Positions 1 to 10,200 of a DNA stretch of 64,000 nucleotides are shown here, one piece after another (position 1 is the stretch's first letter; every line of letters starts with the position of its first letter). The stretch is from NCBI GenBank assembly GCA_965197475.1, contig CBDANF010000002.1:1280001-1344000 (forward strand). Direction: 5' to 3'. This stretch comes from Candidatus Poribacteria bacterium. GTDB taxonomy: Bacteria; Poribacteria; WGA-4E; WGA-3G. Both the position numbers and the translations under genes were made by a program. The notes under the pieces are model-generated. The model was not told where the DNA came from. It searched no databases and worked only from the letters and a program-made list of their open reading frames with translations.

Positions 1-860
1 CTGGCGGTGAAATGCGGTGGGAAAGCACAAAAGAACGGGCTGTGCAGCTGCAAAGGCGTATCCAGCAGCTTCAAACATGGGGGTATCCATGCAGACTCAT
101 TACGCGGGACGAGATGTTGGCATTGGAACCACACTTAAATCTAGGTCCTGTGGAAACTGCATCCCATTCCGAAGCAGATATACACATAGACACTGATAAA
201 TTTATTTCCGTATGTCTCAAACGCGCACGAGAATCTGGCACTTTGGTACATTCACACACCAGAGTGGTAGGTTTTGATGTTCTCAAAGATAAAATAGCTG
301 CAGTCCAGACAAATGATGCGGAATTTCCGTGTGATGTCGTTGTTTTGGCGAGTGGTGTTCAGACTACCGAACTGGCTTCCTTAGTTGGTGTCCACATTCC
401 GCAACAACGCAGTCCAGGGATCGTAATTAAAACAACGCCGTGTACCTCAGTTTTACATAGTGCCGCGGTCATTCATGCCCCACCAACAAATAAAAACCAT
501 CAACACCTACACCTTCGGCAATTAGCGGATGGAACGCTCAGAATTGGGCAAGGCACCCAAGAAGGAATAAACCGTGACGACTCGCAAGACCACGCTGACG
601 CGCTTCTTGCTCAAGCCAAAACCTACCTGCCAATAATAGGACATGCCGAAGCAATCCCGACCCCTGTCGGATATCGTCCGATGCCACTTGATGGATATCC
701 GGTAATTGGGTTTACCGATACGGTTCCAAATCTGTATATTGCCTTAATGCACAGTGGTGTAACCTTAGCACCTTTAGTGGGTGAAATGGCGACATTGGAA
801 ATCGCAGATGGTGCGCAAGTGGATTGGTTCACACCTTATCGATTAGAGCGGTTTGGGTAA
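1..860 (+). CDS. FAD-dependent oxidoreductase (DAO/glycine oxidase family), 5'-truncated by the window edge
   Basis: Motifs VVVLASG, GYRPMPLDGYPVIG and HSGVTLAPLVG are typical of the DAO-family C-terminal half; the N-terminal GxGxxG is not in the window. Confidence 0.85.
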   Translation, partial: GGEMRWESTKERAVQLQRRIQQLQTWGYPCRLITRDEMLALEPHLNLGPVETASHSEADIHIDTDKFISVCLKRARESGTLVHSHTRVVGFDVLKDKIAAVQTNDAEFPCDVVVLASGVQTTELASLVGVHIPQQRSPGIVIKTTPCTSVLHSAAVIHAPPTNKNHQHLHLRQLADGTLRIGQGTQEGINRDDSQDHADALLAQAKTYLPIIGHAEAIPTPVGYRPMPLDGYPVIGFTDTVPNLYIALMHSGVTLAPLVGEMATLEIADGAQVDWFTPYRLERFG

Positions 861-1092
861 CCTACAAAAAGGATAATTCATTGATGGCAATTGAATTGAG
901 CATTCACAAGGTTAAAACTGGAGTAACTTGCAAAAATCTATGTGTCCATTTGTATTACATCTCACATTCAGAATTTCAAAACATTCCAAATAATACCATT
1001 TCTAAGAGATTGTATTGCATTATTTCGTCCGTCGGGTAGAGCTTGCGATATCCTTATGCGTCAATTTTAGTGTTATGCGGTGGAAAAAATGG

Positions 1093-1433
1093 ACACCTGT
1101 CGCCCCTCTGGGGCTTGGTAAACACAGACATCAGCTGCTATACACCTCATGCAGCATGCCATACGCGCATGCTGCATCTCCGAGGCTATAGTCAATCGTA
1201 TCTCAGCACCAGCGGTGCGGAAGGTGTATAGAAAACAGCCTCAAACAGTCTCTTGAACCCCGCCAAATGCCATACGCGCATTTGGCGTTGATTCGCGGGG
1301 CAGCATGCACTTTTGGCATGCTGCATGAGGTGTCTGACAACACGTACACACACACACATATATATACCTTTCGCCCTCTGGGTTTGAGTTTGGAAGGGTC
1401 GCGTGTCTATACACCTTTCGCCCCTCTGGGGCT
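1093..1433. repeat. Cluster of about six REP-like palindromic units (consensus CTATACACCTTTCGCCCCTCTGGGGCT), mixed orientation
   Basis: Copies at 1093-1115, about 1138-1187 (interrupted), 1205-1231 (reverse), about 1256-1334 (reverse, interrupted), 1361-1385 and 1407-1433; same family reversed at 47968-48043. Confidence 0.8.
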
Positions 1434-1484
1434 TAGATATCCAAAATATAGGTTTATTTCCTTAAATTGACACCTATGGGTTTA

Positions 1485-1674
1485 TATCAAATTAACCCGA
1501 TTTGTAGTGCAAGGTCCCTGGGTTCTCCTCGCAATGCTGACTTTATCAGAAAACTTCCGCTCATGTAAAAGGTGTGTGCGGTTATTTTCATGAAGGCAAT
1601 GGCCACACGGGTTAAATTTTCATTTGCACTCATTCTTTACATGAGCCAAAACTTCTAATCAAGGTAATCTGGTA
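1485..1674. mobile_element. MITE-like element (ends TAYCAAATTAAC...GKTAATYKGGTA) with a second element nested inside
   Basis: Left end TATCAAATTAAC and internal AGTGCAAGG shared with 20533-20657; same left end at 44919. Confidence 0.55.
1559..1646. mobile_element. 88-bp MITE-like repeat with TIR GCTCATGTAAA
   Basis: Terminal inverted repeats GCTCATGTAAA...TTTACATGAGC; a diverged reverse-complement copy lies at 58069-58157. Confidence 0.75.
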
Positions 1675-1783
1675 TTATTAGGTTTCTTTAGCTGCCGGCT
1701 ATCGGTTAAAGATGAACAAAATCGGGCTTACAAAGCCCTTCTACAAGAAGGAAACAATGAATTGCACGACTACGAACTGTTGC

Positions 1784-3025
1784 CTAATCATGACGTAGTG
1801 CTTCAGTTGGGGTGAGACTTGCAGCTTTATTTGCCGGATAGATCCCGAAAAATACGCCGATGAACGCGGAAACACAAAACGCTATAGCAGCTGCTTGAAC
1901 AGAGACAACGGCAGGCCAAGTTGCATCTTTAATCATGAATTTTGAGATGACCCAACCCGATCCGGTCGCAAGCGCACTACCGATAAAAATACCGATAAGC
2001 CCCCCACAAATGCTTAAGACAATTGACTCAATCAGAAATTGGATTAGGATGTCGCTACGCCTTGCACCGATGGCTTTGCGTAACCCGATTTCGCGAGTCC
2101 TTTCTGTTACGGAAACTAACATGATATTCATGATCCCAATACCACCCACAAACAGGGCAATACTCGCAACAGCACCAAGGAGTACCTGAACAATCCGACT
2201 GACATTTCCTACCTGTTTTATGATCTCCTTAGCGGTAAAAAAATCAAAGTATTTTTCATCACCATGTTGTTGCCGAAAGGCGACTTTGATCTCAGCCACA
2301 GCTTGCTCAACTTTTTCATAATTTTCCGCTTGTGCAATCAGCATGATCCAACCTTTCCGTTTGCCGATAAAACGGTTACCCATAGTGGAAAGCGGTATAA
2401 TCACACGATTATCCCAACCTTCACTTGCCATCTGATTACCTTTCGCCTCCATAACCCCGACGACAGTGAACCGTTCTCTGTCAATTTTCAACTCCCTGCC
2501 AATCGGATCCTCCATCTGAAATAGGTCTTTATGCACTTCAGAACCGATCAAACAAATAGGGTCAACCCGTTCCATGTCATCCTCGGTAAAAAACCGGCCC
2601 GTTTCAGCGTACCAGTTATTGACCTCTTGAAAAAACGGTGTAACACCATGCACCTGGAGTGACTGATTAACGTGTCTGTGTGACACACGGCGCACCATAC
2701 CAGATTGTGCGGCAGCGGTTTTAAGAGAGGGGCACGTTTCAAGTATGAATGCGAGATCTTGATACTCAATATATTCCGGATGTTTATTTTCTATGTAAGA
2801 ACCGTCCGGTCTACGGATATGCTCCTTCCGAAAGCAGACGATCATGCCCGCACCACCAACCCGTTCCAATTCTATCAGAATGAGGTGTTCCGCACCACCA
2901 CCAACAGAAACGACTGCAACAACAGCCGCAATACCTATGATAATTCCGAGCATTGTAAGCACGGAACGTAATTTGTTACGCCTGAGTGCTGATAAGCCAA
3001 CGCTAATGCCTTGCGTAATTTGCAT
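1784..3025 (-). CDS. MacB/FtsX-like ABC transporter permease
   Basis: RNKLRSVLTMLGIIIG, GGIGIMNIMLVSVTERTREIGLRKAIGA, FFGIYPANKAA. Confidence 0.93.
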   Translation of the reverse strand: MQITQGISVGLSALRRNKLRSVLTMLGIIIGIAAVVAVVSVGGGAEHLILIELERVGGAGMIVCFRKEHIRRPDGSYIENKHPEYIEYQDLAFILETCPSLKTAAAQSGMVRRVSHRHVNQSLQVHGVTPFFQEVNNWYAETGRFFTEDDMERVDPICLIGSEVHKDLFQMEDPIGRELKIDRERFTVVGVMEAKGNQMASEGWDNRVIIPLSTMGNRFIGKRKGWIMLIAQAENYEKVEQAVAEIKVAFRQQHGDEKYFDFFTAKEIIKQVGNVSRIVQVLLGAVASIALFVGGIGIMNIMLVSVTERTREIGLRKAIGARRSDILIQFLIESIVLSICGGLIGIFIGSALATGSGWVISKFMIKDATWPAVVSVQAAAIAFCVSAFIGVFFGIYPANKAASLTPTEALRHD

Positions 3026-3054
3026 GGTTCTCTAAGTTCTCGTTACAGGTAATG

Positions 3055-4122
3055 CTACTCCGGTTTCATGGATTCCCCGCGTAACAAAAAGGCACGGATG
3101 TCATATCTACCAGGACGTTCAACAGGCAAATCACCACTTTCAATCATCAAATCAAGCGGGTTTGCATGTGTCCGTAACGGCAATTTAACCACTTCGTGCA
3201 TACGGGCTGATTCATAGATCGCCATGATAATTTCAACAGCGGCGCGGCCGTGTTTTGCTTCCCCACGGTGTTCTGGACCGCCATCAATCCATTCCACCAA
3301 TTCTTTTGCTTGCGCAACGTGTTGGTTAATTCCATCAGACGGGCGTTCTTCCCAATCTGTAGATTTATTGTTGAGGAGGCGGACACGTCCCTCTGTCACA
3401 TCTGCAATTCCGTCAGTCCCGTAGACAATTCCGCCTTGATAGTTAGGTCTACCGATCTCCTGCAGTAGCATGCCGATGCACCCATTTGAAAACCCGACAA
3501 TTCCTGCACTCCGATCCTCAATCTGAATATCGCGTTCGTATCGCTCCGTTTTACGCTCAACGTTGCCAATAACCCATTGAGGAGCGGGATCACCGAGCAC
3601 ATAGCGCATCATATCAAAGAGGTGTGAGCAATCATTCAACAATCCCTGTCCACCGTGACAGACAATCTGTCGTGGTTCGCCTATTGCCCCCTCAGCGATG
3701 AGATTGCGTGCATCTGTCCAGGCGGAATTAAACCGACGTTGGTGACCTATCACAAGTTTCACACCGTTCCGGTTCGCAGCGATTAACATATCATCGCATT
3801 CACCAAGGTTCACGCCCATCGGTTTTTCACATAGGACTGCCTTTGGTGCCCGTGCACACGCTGCGATTGCCATCGGTGCGTGCAGTTTGTGCCACGTTGC
3901 GATGCTGACAATATCAAGATTTTCGCTATCCAGCATCTCCCGCGCATCCAAATAGCAGTTTTGCTCGGATACGTCGTAGGTATTTGCAAACTTGTCAAGT
4001 GCTGTTTGGGCAGGATCAGCGAGCGCGACAATCTCTACTTGCTCAACACCCTCATAACCACGAGCATGCGCATTGGCAATCCCACCACATCCGATAATTC
4101 CGACCCGATATTTTGATGCCAT
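3055..4122 (-). CDS. Gfo/Idh/MocA family NAD(P)-dependent oxidoreductase
   Basis: GIIGCGGIA Rossmann motif, CEKPM, GHQRRF; start placed at MASKYR behind a GGAG RBS. Confidence 0.92.
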   Translation of the reverse strand: MASKYRVGIIGCGGIANAHARGYEGVEQVEIVALADPAQTALDKFANTYDVSEQNCYLDAREMLDSENLDIVSIATWHKLHAPMAIAACARAPKAVLCEKPMGVNLGECDDMLIAANRNGVKLVIGHQRRFNSAWTDARNLIAEGAIGEPRQIVCHGGQGLLNDCSHLFDMMRYVLGDPAPQWVIGNVERKTERYERDIQIEDRSAGIVGFSNGCIGMLLQEIGRPNYQGGIVYGTDGIADVTEGRVRLLNNKSTDWEERPSDGINQHVAQAKELVEWIDGGPEHRGEAKHGRAAVEIIMAIYESARMHEVVKLPLRTHANPLDLMIESGDLPVERPGRYDIRAFLLRGESMKPE

Positions 4123-4211
4123 TTGTTCTCCATATCGCCAATAAAGCGATTTTGCTTTAGACTCAAAATGTTTCGGCACACGACATGTGCCTGCAACTTT
4201 TTAAGGAATAG

Positions 4212-4234
4212 GCACGCTAAAAAGCGCGCCTATC
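4212..4234. repeat. GTAG-type REP-like palindrome
   Basis: Reverse complement GATAGGCGCGCTTTTTAGCGTGC matches GGTAGGCGCGCTTTGTAAGCGTGC at 44942-44965 and a related copy near 1722-1745. Confidence 0.6.
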
Positions 4235-4255
4235 GGATAATCACTAAATTTAAAA

Positions 4256-7200
4256 CTACTGATTCGCTTGGACGATTTCCGCTTGTGTTTTACCGAAATA
4301 TGAGGCTACCTGAACGAGGTCACGGATATCCACCTTACCATCCATGTTCACATCGCCGGAAAGTTCTTCGCCAGATTCACCGAATTGGTTTGCAACCAAC
4401 ACTAAATCCTGAATATTCACCTTCCCATCGGCATTAAGGTCCCATGGTACTGGTTCTATCGTGGTTGCAGTTGTGATTTCAGCAGTTTTCGTGCTATCTC
4501 CTTTCGATGTAGCGATCACTTTAATTTCATATTCACCCAGTTTTGTGAAGAAATCACCCGCAGCTATAAATGTAACTTCAGCAGAAGCACCGGGAGCAAG
4601 TTCAATCTTCAACTGGCTTGTAGGAATTTCCTGATCGTCAGATTCACTGAACGATCCGAGCACGCTACCTTCAATCCCGATCTCTGCAGAAGAGCCAAGC
4701 ACTACCGTATCGTCGATATTACCGGTGTTTGTGACTGTGATCGTATAACTGACACCCGCAAACATATCCATCGTTGCGCCTTTCAGTTCGCCTTCATCTT
4801 GTAACATTACACCGTAGACCGGCGGAATAGTTGTAGCCGTTGTGATTTCAGCGGTTTTCGTGTTATCGCCTTGTGAGGTTGCCGTAACTTTAACTTCATA
4901 AGTACCCGCAATCGCAAGCGCATCGCCAGAAACTGTCAGTGTCACTTCTGCCGAAGCATTAGGTGCAAGCGAGACAGAGGTTTCACTTAAGGTAGCAGCA
5001 ACATCGCCTGATGTAGCTAAATCTATCATATCATCAGTGTTACCGGTGTTTGTGACTTTGAGCGTATAAGTAACACCTTCACTCGCATCTGCTGTTTCGG
5101 TTGTCAAATCGCCTACGCCTGCCAACGTAACACCATAAACAGGGAGAATAGTTGTCTTTGTTGAAACCTCAACTATTTTCGTATCATCGCCTTGTGAGGT
5201 TGCCATAACTTTAACTTCATAATCACCTGCTTTCGCAAGCGCATCACCAGAAATAGTTAATATAATTTCTGCTGAAGTGCCAGCGGCAAGCGAGACAGAG
5301 GTTTCACTTAAGGTCGCAGAAGCATCACCTGACGTGGCTAAATCTAAAACGTCATCTGTGTTGCCAGTGTTCGTAACTGCGATTGTATAACTAACACCTT
5401 CACCCGCATCTGCTGTTTCGGTTGTCAAATCGCCTACACCTACTAACGTAACATCATAAACAGGGAGAATAGTCGTGGTCGTTGAAATGTCCGCAGTCTT
5501 TGTGCCATCCCCTTGCGAAGTGGCTGTAACCTTGACTTCATAAGCTCCAGCAGTCGCAAGAACATCATCAGAAACAGTTAATATAATTTCTGCTGAAGTG
5601 CCAGCGGCAAGCGAGACAGAGGTTTCACTTAAGGTCGCAGAAGCATCACCTGACGTGGCTAAATCTAAAACGTCATCTGTGTTGCCAGTGTTCGTAACTG
5701 CGATTGTATAACTAACACCTTCACCCGCATCTGCTGTTTCGGTGGTCAAATCGCCTACGCCTGCTAACGTAATGCCATAAACCGGAATAAGCGTTGTGGT
5801 CGTAGTGATTTCAGCGGTTTCTGTGGTATCCCCTTGCGAAGTGGCTGTAACCTTGACTTCGTAATCCCCAAATATTGTTAAGGCACTACCAGAAATCGTC
5901 AATGTTACCTCCGCTGAAGCATTGGCACCAAGCGAGACAGCGGTTTGGCTTAATGTAGCAGTCACATCACCTGATGCTACTAAATCTATCACATCATCTG
6001 TGTTACCGATGTTCGAAACTGCGATCGTATAACTGACATCCTCACCCACATCAGATGTTTCGGTGGTCAAATCGCCTACACCTGCTAACGTAATGCCGTA
6101 AACAGGGAGAATAGAAATAGTCGTGGTCGTTGAAATCTCCGCGGTTTTTGTAGCATCTCCTTGTGAGGTGGCAGTAACTTTGACTTCATAAGCACCTGCA
6201 GTCGCAAGAACATCGTCAGAAACAGTTAATATAATTTCTGCGGAAGCACCCGCACCAAGCGAGACAGCGGTTTGGCTTAAGGTCGCAGAAGCATCACCTG
6301 AAGCACTCAAACTTATTGTATCGTTTGTGTTGCCGGTGTTTGTGACTCGGAGCGTATAACTCACCCCAGCACTTGCATCTATCGTTTCCTTTGTTAATCT
6401 GTCTACACCTGCTAAAGTAACACCGAAAACGGGAAGAATAGTTGTCTTGGTTGAAACCTCTGCCGTTTTTTCGGTATCGCCTTGTGAGGTTGCCGTAACT
6501 TTGACTTCGTAATCTCCGGCAATCGCAAGCGCATCGCCAGAAACTGTCAGTGTCACTTCTGCGGAAGCATTAGGTGCAAGTGATACAGAGGTTTCACTTA
6601 GGGTCGCTGCAACATCGCCTGATGTAGCTAAATCTATCATATCATCTGTGTTGCCGATGTTCGTCACTGCAAGCGTATAACTGACACCTTCACCCGCATC
6701 AGCTGTTTTAGTTGTCAACTCATCCACACCAGATAACGTAACACCGTAAACAGGGAGAATAGTTGTAGTCGTTGATACCTCAGAAGACTTTGTGTTATCT
6801 CCTTGCGAAGTCGCCGTAACTTTGACTTCGTAATCACCAGCAATCGCAAGCGCATCGCCAGAAACTGTCAGTGTCACTTCTGCCGAAATATTAGGTGCAA
6901 GCGAGACAGAGGTTTCACTTAAGGTAACAGCTACATCGCCTGATGTAGCTAAATCTATCATATCATCAGTGTTACCGGTGTTTGTGATTTTGAGCATATA
7001 ACTGACACCTTCACTCGCATCTGCTGTTTCGGTGATCAAATCTCCTACGCCTGCCAACGTAACACCGTAAACAGGGAGAATAGTTGTAGCCGTTGTGATT
7101 TCAGCGGTTTTCGTGTTATCGCCTTGTGAGGTTGCCGTAACTTTAACTTCATAAGTACCCGCAATCGCAAGCGCATCGCCAGAAACTGTCAGTGTCACTT

Positions 7201-10200
7201 CTGCCGAAGCATTAGGTGCAAGTGATACAGAGGTTTCACTTAGGGTAGCAGCTACATCGCCTGATGTAGCTAAATCTATCATATCATCAGTGTTTCCAAT
7301 GTTCGTGACGGTGAGCATATAACTGACACCTTCACCCGCATCAGATGTTTCGGTTGCCAAGTCTCCTACGCCTGCTAATGTAATACCGTAAACCGGAAGA
7401 ATAGTTGTCTTGGTTGAAACCTCTGCCATTTTTTCGGTATCGCCTTGTGAGGTTGCCGTAACTTTGACTTCGTAATCTCCGGCAGTTGCAAGCGCATCAC
7501 CAGAAATAGTTAATACGACTTCTGCGGAAGCATTAGGTGCAAGTGATATAGAGGTCTCACTTAAGGTAGCATCGTCAGTCGTAGTTAGATTGATCACATC
7601 ATCTGTGTTGCCGATGTTCGTCACTGCAAGCGTATAACTGACACCTTCACCCGCATCAGCTGTTTTAGTTGTCAACTCATCCACACCAGATAACGTAACA
7701 CCGTAAACAGGGAGAATAGTTGTAGTCGTTGATACCTCAGAAGACTTTGTGTTATTTCCTTGCGAAGTCGCCGTAACTTTGACTTCGTAATCACCAGCAA
7801 TCGCAAGCGCATCACCGGAAATCGTCAATGTTATTTCTGCTGAAGCACCCGCGGCAAGCGAGACTATGGTCTGACTTAATGTCGCTGCAATATCACCTGA
7901 CGTTGTTAAATCTATCACGTCATCTGTGTTACTAATATTTGTGATTTTGAGCGTATAACCGACACCTTTACCCGCATCAGATGTTTCAATGGTCAAGTCT
8001 CCTACGCCTGCTAACGTAACACCATAAACAGGGAGAATAGTTGTCTTTGTTGAAACCTCAACTATTTTCGTATCATCGCCTTGTGAGGTTGCCGTAACTT
8101 TGACTTCGTAATCTCCGGCAATCGCAAGCGCATCGCCAGAAACTGTCAGTGTCACTTCTGCCGAAGCATTAGGTGCAAGTGATACAGAGGTTTCACTTAG
8201 GGTAGCAGCTACATCGCCTGATGTAGCTAAATCTATCATATCATCTGTGTTTCCAATGTTCGTGACGGTGAGCATATAACTGACACCTTCACCCGCATCA
8301 GATGTTTCGGTTGCCAAGTCTCCTACGCCTGCTAATGTAATACCGTAAACCGGAAGAATAGTTGTCTTGGTTGAAACCTCTGCCATTTTTTCGGTATCGC
8401 CTTGTGAGGTTGCCGTAACTTTGACTTCGTAGTCACCTGCTTTCGCAAGCGCATCACCGGAAATAGTTAACATTACTTCTGCCGAAGCACCCGCAGCAAG
8501 TGATACAGAGGTCTCATTTAAACTCGCAGCAACATCACCTGATGTAGATAAATCTATCATATCATCAGTGTTACCGGTGTTCGTGACGGTGAGCATATAA
8601 CTGACACCTTCACCCGCATCAAATGTTTCAGTTGCCAAATCTCCTACGCCTACTAACGTAACACCATAAACAGGGAGAATAGTTGTCTTTGTTGAAACCT
8701 CTGCCATTTTTGTGTCATCGCCTTGTGAGGTTGCCGTAACTTTGACTTCGTAATCTCCAGCAATCGCAAGCGCATCACCGGAAATAGTTAACATTACTTC
8801 TGCCGAAGCACCCGCAGCAAGTGATACAGAAGTCTCATTTAAACTCGCAGCAACATCGCCTGATGTAGATAAATCTATCATATCATCAGTGTTACCGGTG
8901 TTTGTGACGGTGAGCGTATAAGTAACACCTTCACTCGCATCTGCTGTTTCGGTGATCAAATCTCCTACGCCTGCTAATGTAATACCGTAAACCGGAAGAA
9001 TAGTTGTCTTGGTTGAAACCTCTGCCATTTTTTCGGTATCGCCTTGTGAGGTTGCCGTAACTTTGACTTCGTAGTCACCTGCTTTCGCAAGAACATCACC
9101 GGAAACTGTCAATGTTACTTCTGCCGAAGCACCCGCAGCAAGTGATACAGAGGTCTCATTTAAACTCGCAGCAACATCACCTGATGTAGATAAATCTATC
9201 ATATCATCTGTGTTACCGGTGTTCGTGACGGTGAGCATATAACTGACACCTTCACCCGCATCAAATGTTTCAGTTGCCAAATCTCCTACGCCTACTAACG
9301 TAACACCATAAACAGGGAGAATAGTTGTCTTTGTTGAAACCTCTGCCATTTTTGTGTCATCGCCTTGTGAGGTTGCCGTAACTTTGACTTCGTAATCTCC
9401 AGCAATCGCAAGCGCATCACCGGAAATAGTTAACATTACTTCTGCCGAAGCACCCGCAGCAAGTGATACAGAAGTCTCATTTAAACTCGCAGCAACATCG
9501 CCTGATGTAGATAAATCTATCATATCATCAGTGTTACCGGTGTTTGTGACTTTGAGCGTATAAGCAACACCTTCACTTGCATCTGCTGTTTCGGTGGTCA
9601 AATCGCCTACACCTACTAACGTAACACCATAAACAGAGAGAATCGTCGTCGTGGTTAAAACATCTGCTGTTTTCATGGTATTACCTTGTGAAGTAGCTGT
9701 AACTTTGACTTTGTAATTCCCTGCTTTTGCTAAGGCACTACCAGAAACCGTCAATGTTACCTCCGCTGAAACACCCGCAGCAAGAGATATTGAGGTTCGG
9801 CTTAATGTAGCAGTTGCATCGCCTGATGTTGCTAAACGAATCGTATCGGTTGTGTTACCGGTGTTTGTGACTTTGAGCGTATAAGTGACACCTTCACTCG
9901 CATCCTCCGTTTTTTTAGTCAATGCGTCTATCCCTAACGTGACACCATAAACGGAGAGAATCGTGGTGGTAGTCGTGACTTCAGCAGTTTTCGTGCTATC
10001 TCCTCGCGAAGTTGCTTTTACTTTAACTGTATAATCGCCTGCTTTCGCAAGGGCAGTACCGGGAACTGTCAATGTTACATTCGCCGAAGCACCTGCAGCA
10101 AGCGATACAGAGGTCCGACTTAGTGATGCGCTGACACTGCCTGATGATGACAAACTAATCACATCATCTGTATTACCTATATTTGTAACCTTGATCGTAT

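Noticed and set aside
1346-1366. (AC)n(AT)n microsatellite
   Set aside because: Short, intergenic and inside a repeat spacer; no functional evidence.
1093-1433. Possible CRISPR array
   Set aside because: Units are degenerate, in mixed orientation and irregularly spaced, recur elsewhere, and no cas genes are present; REP-like instead.
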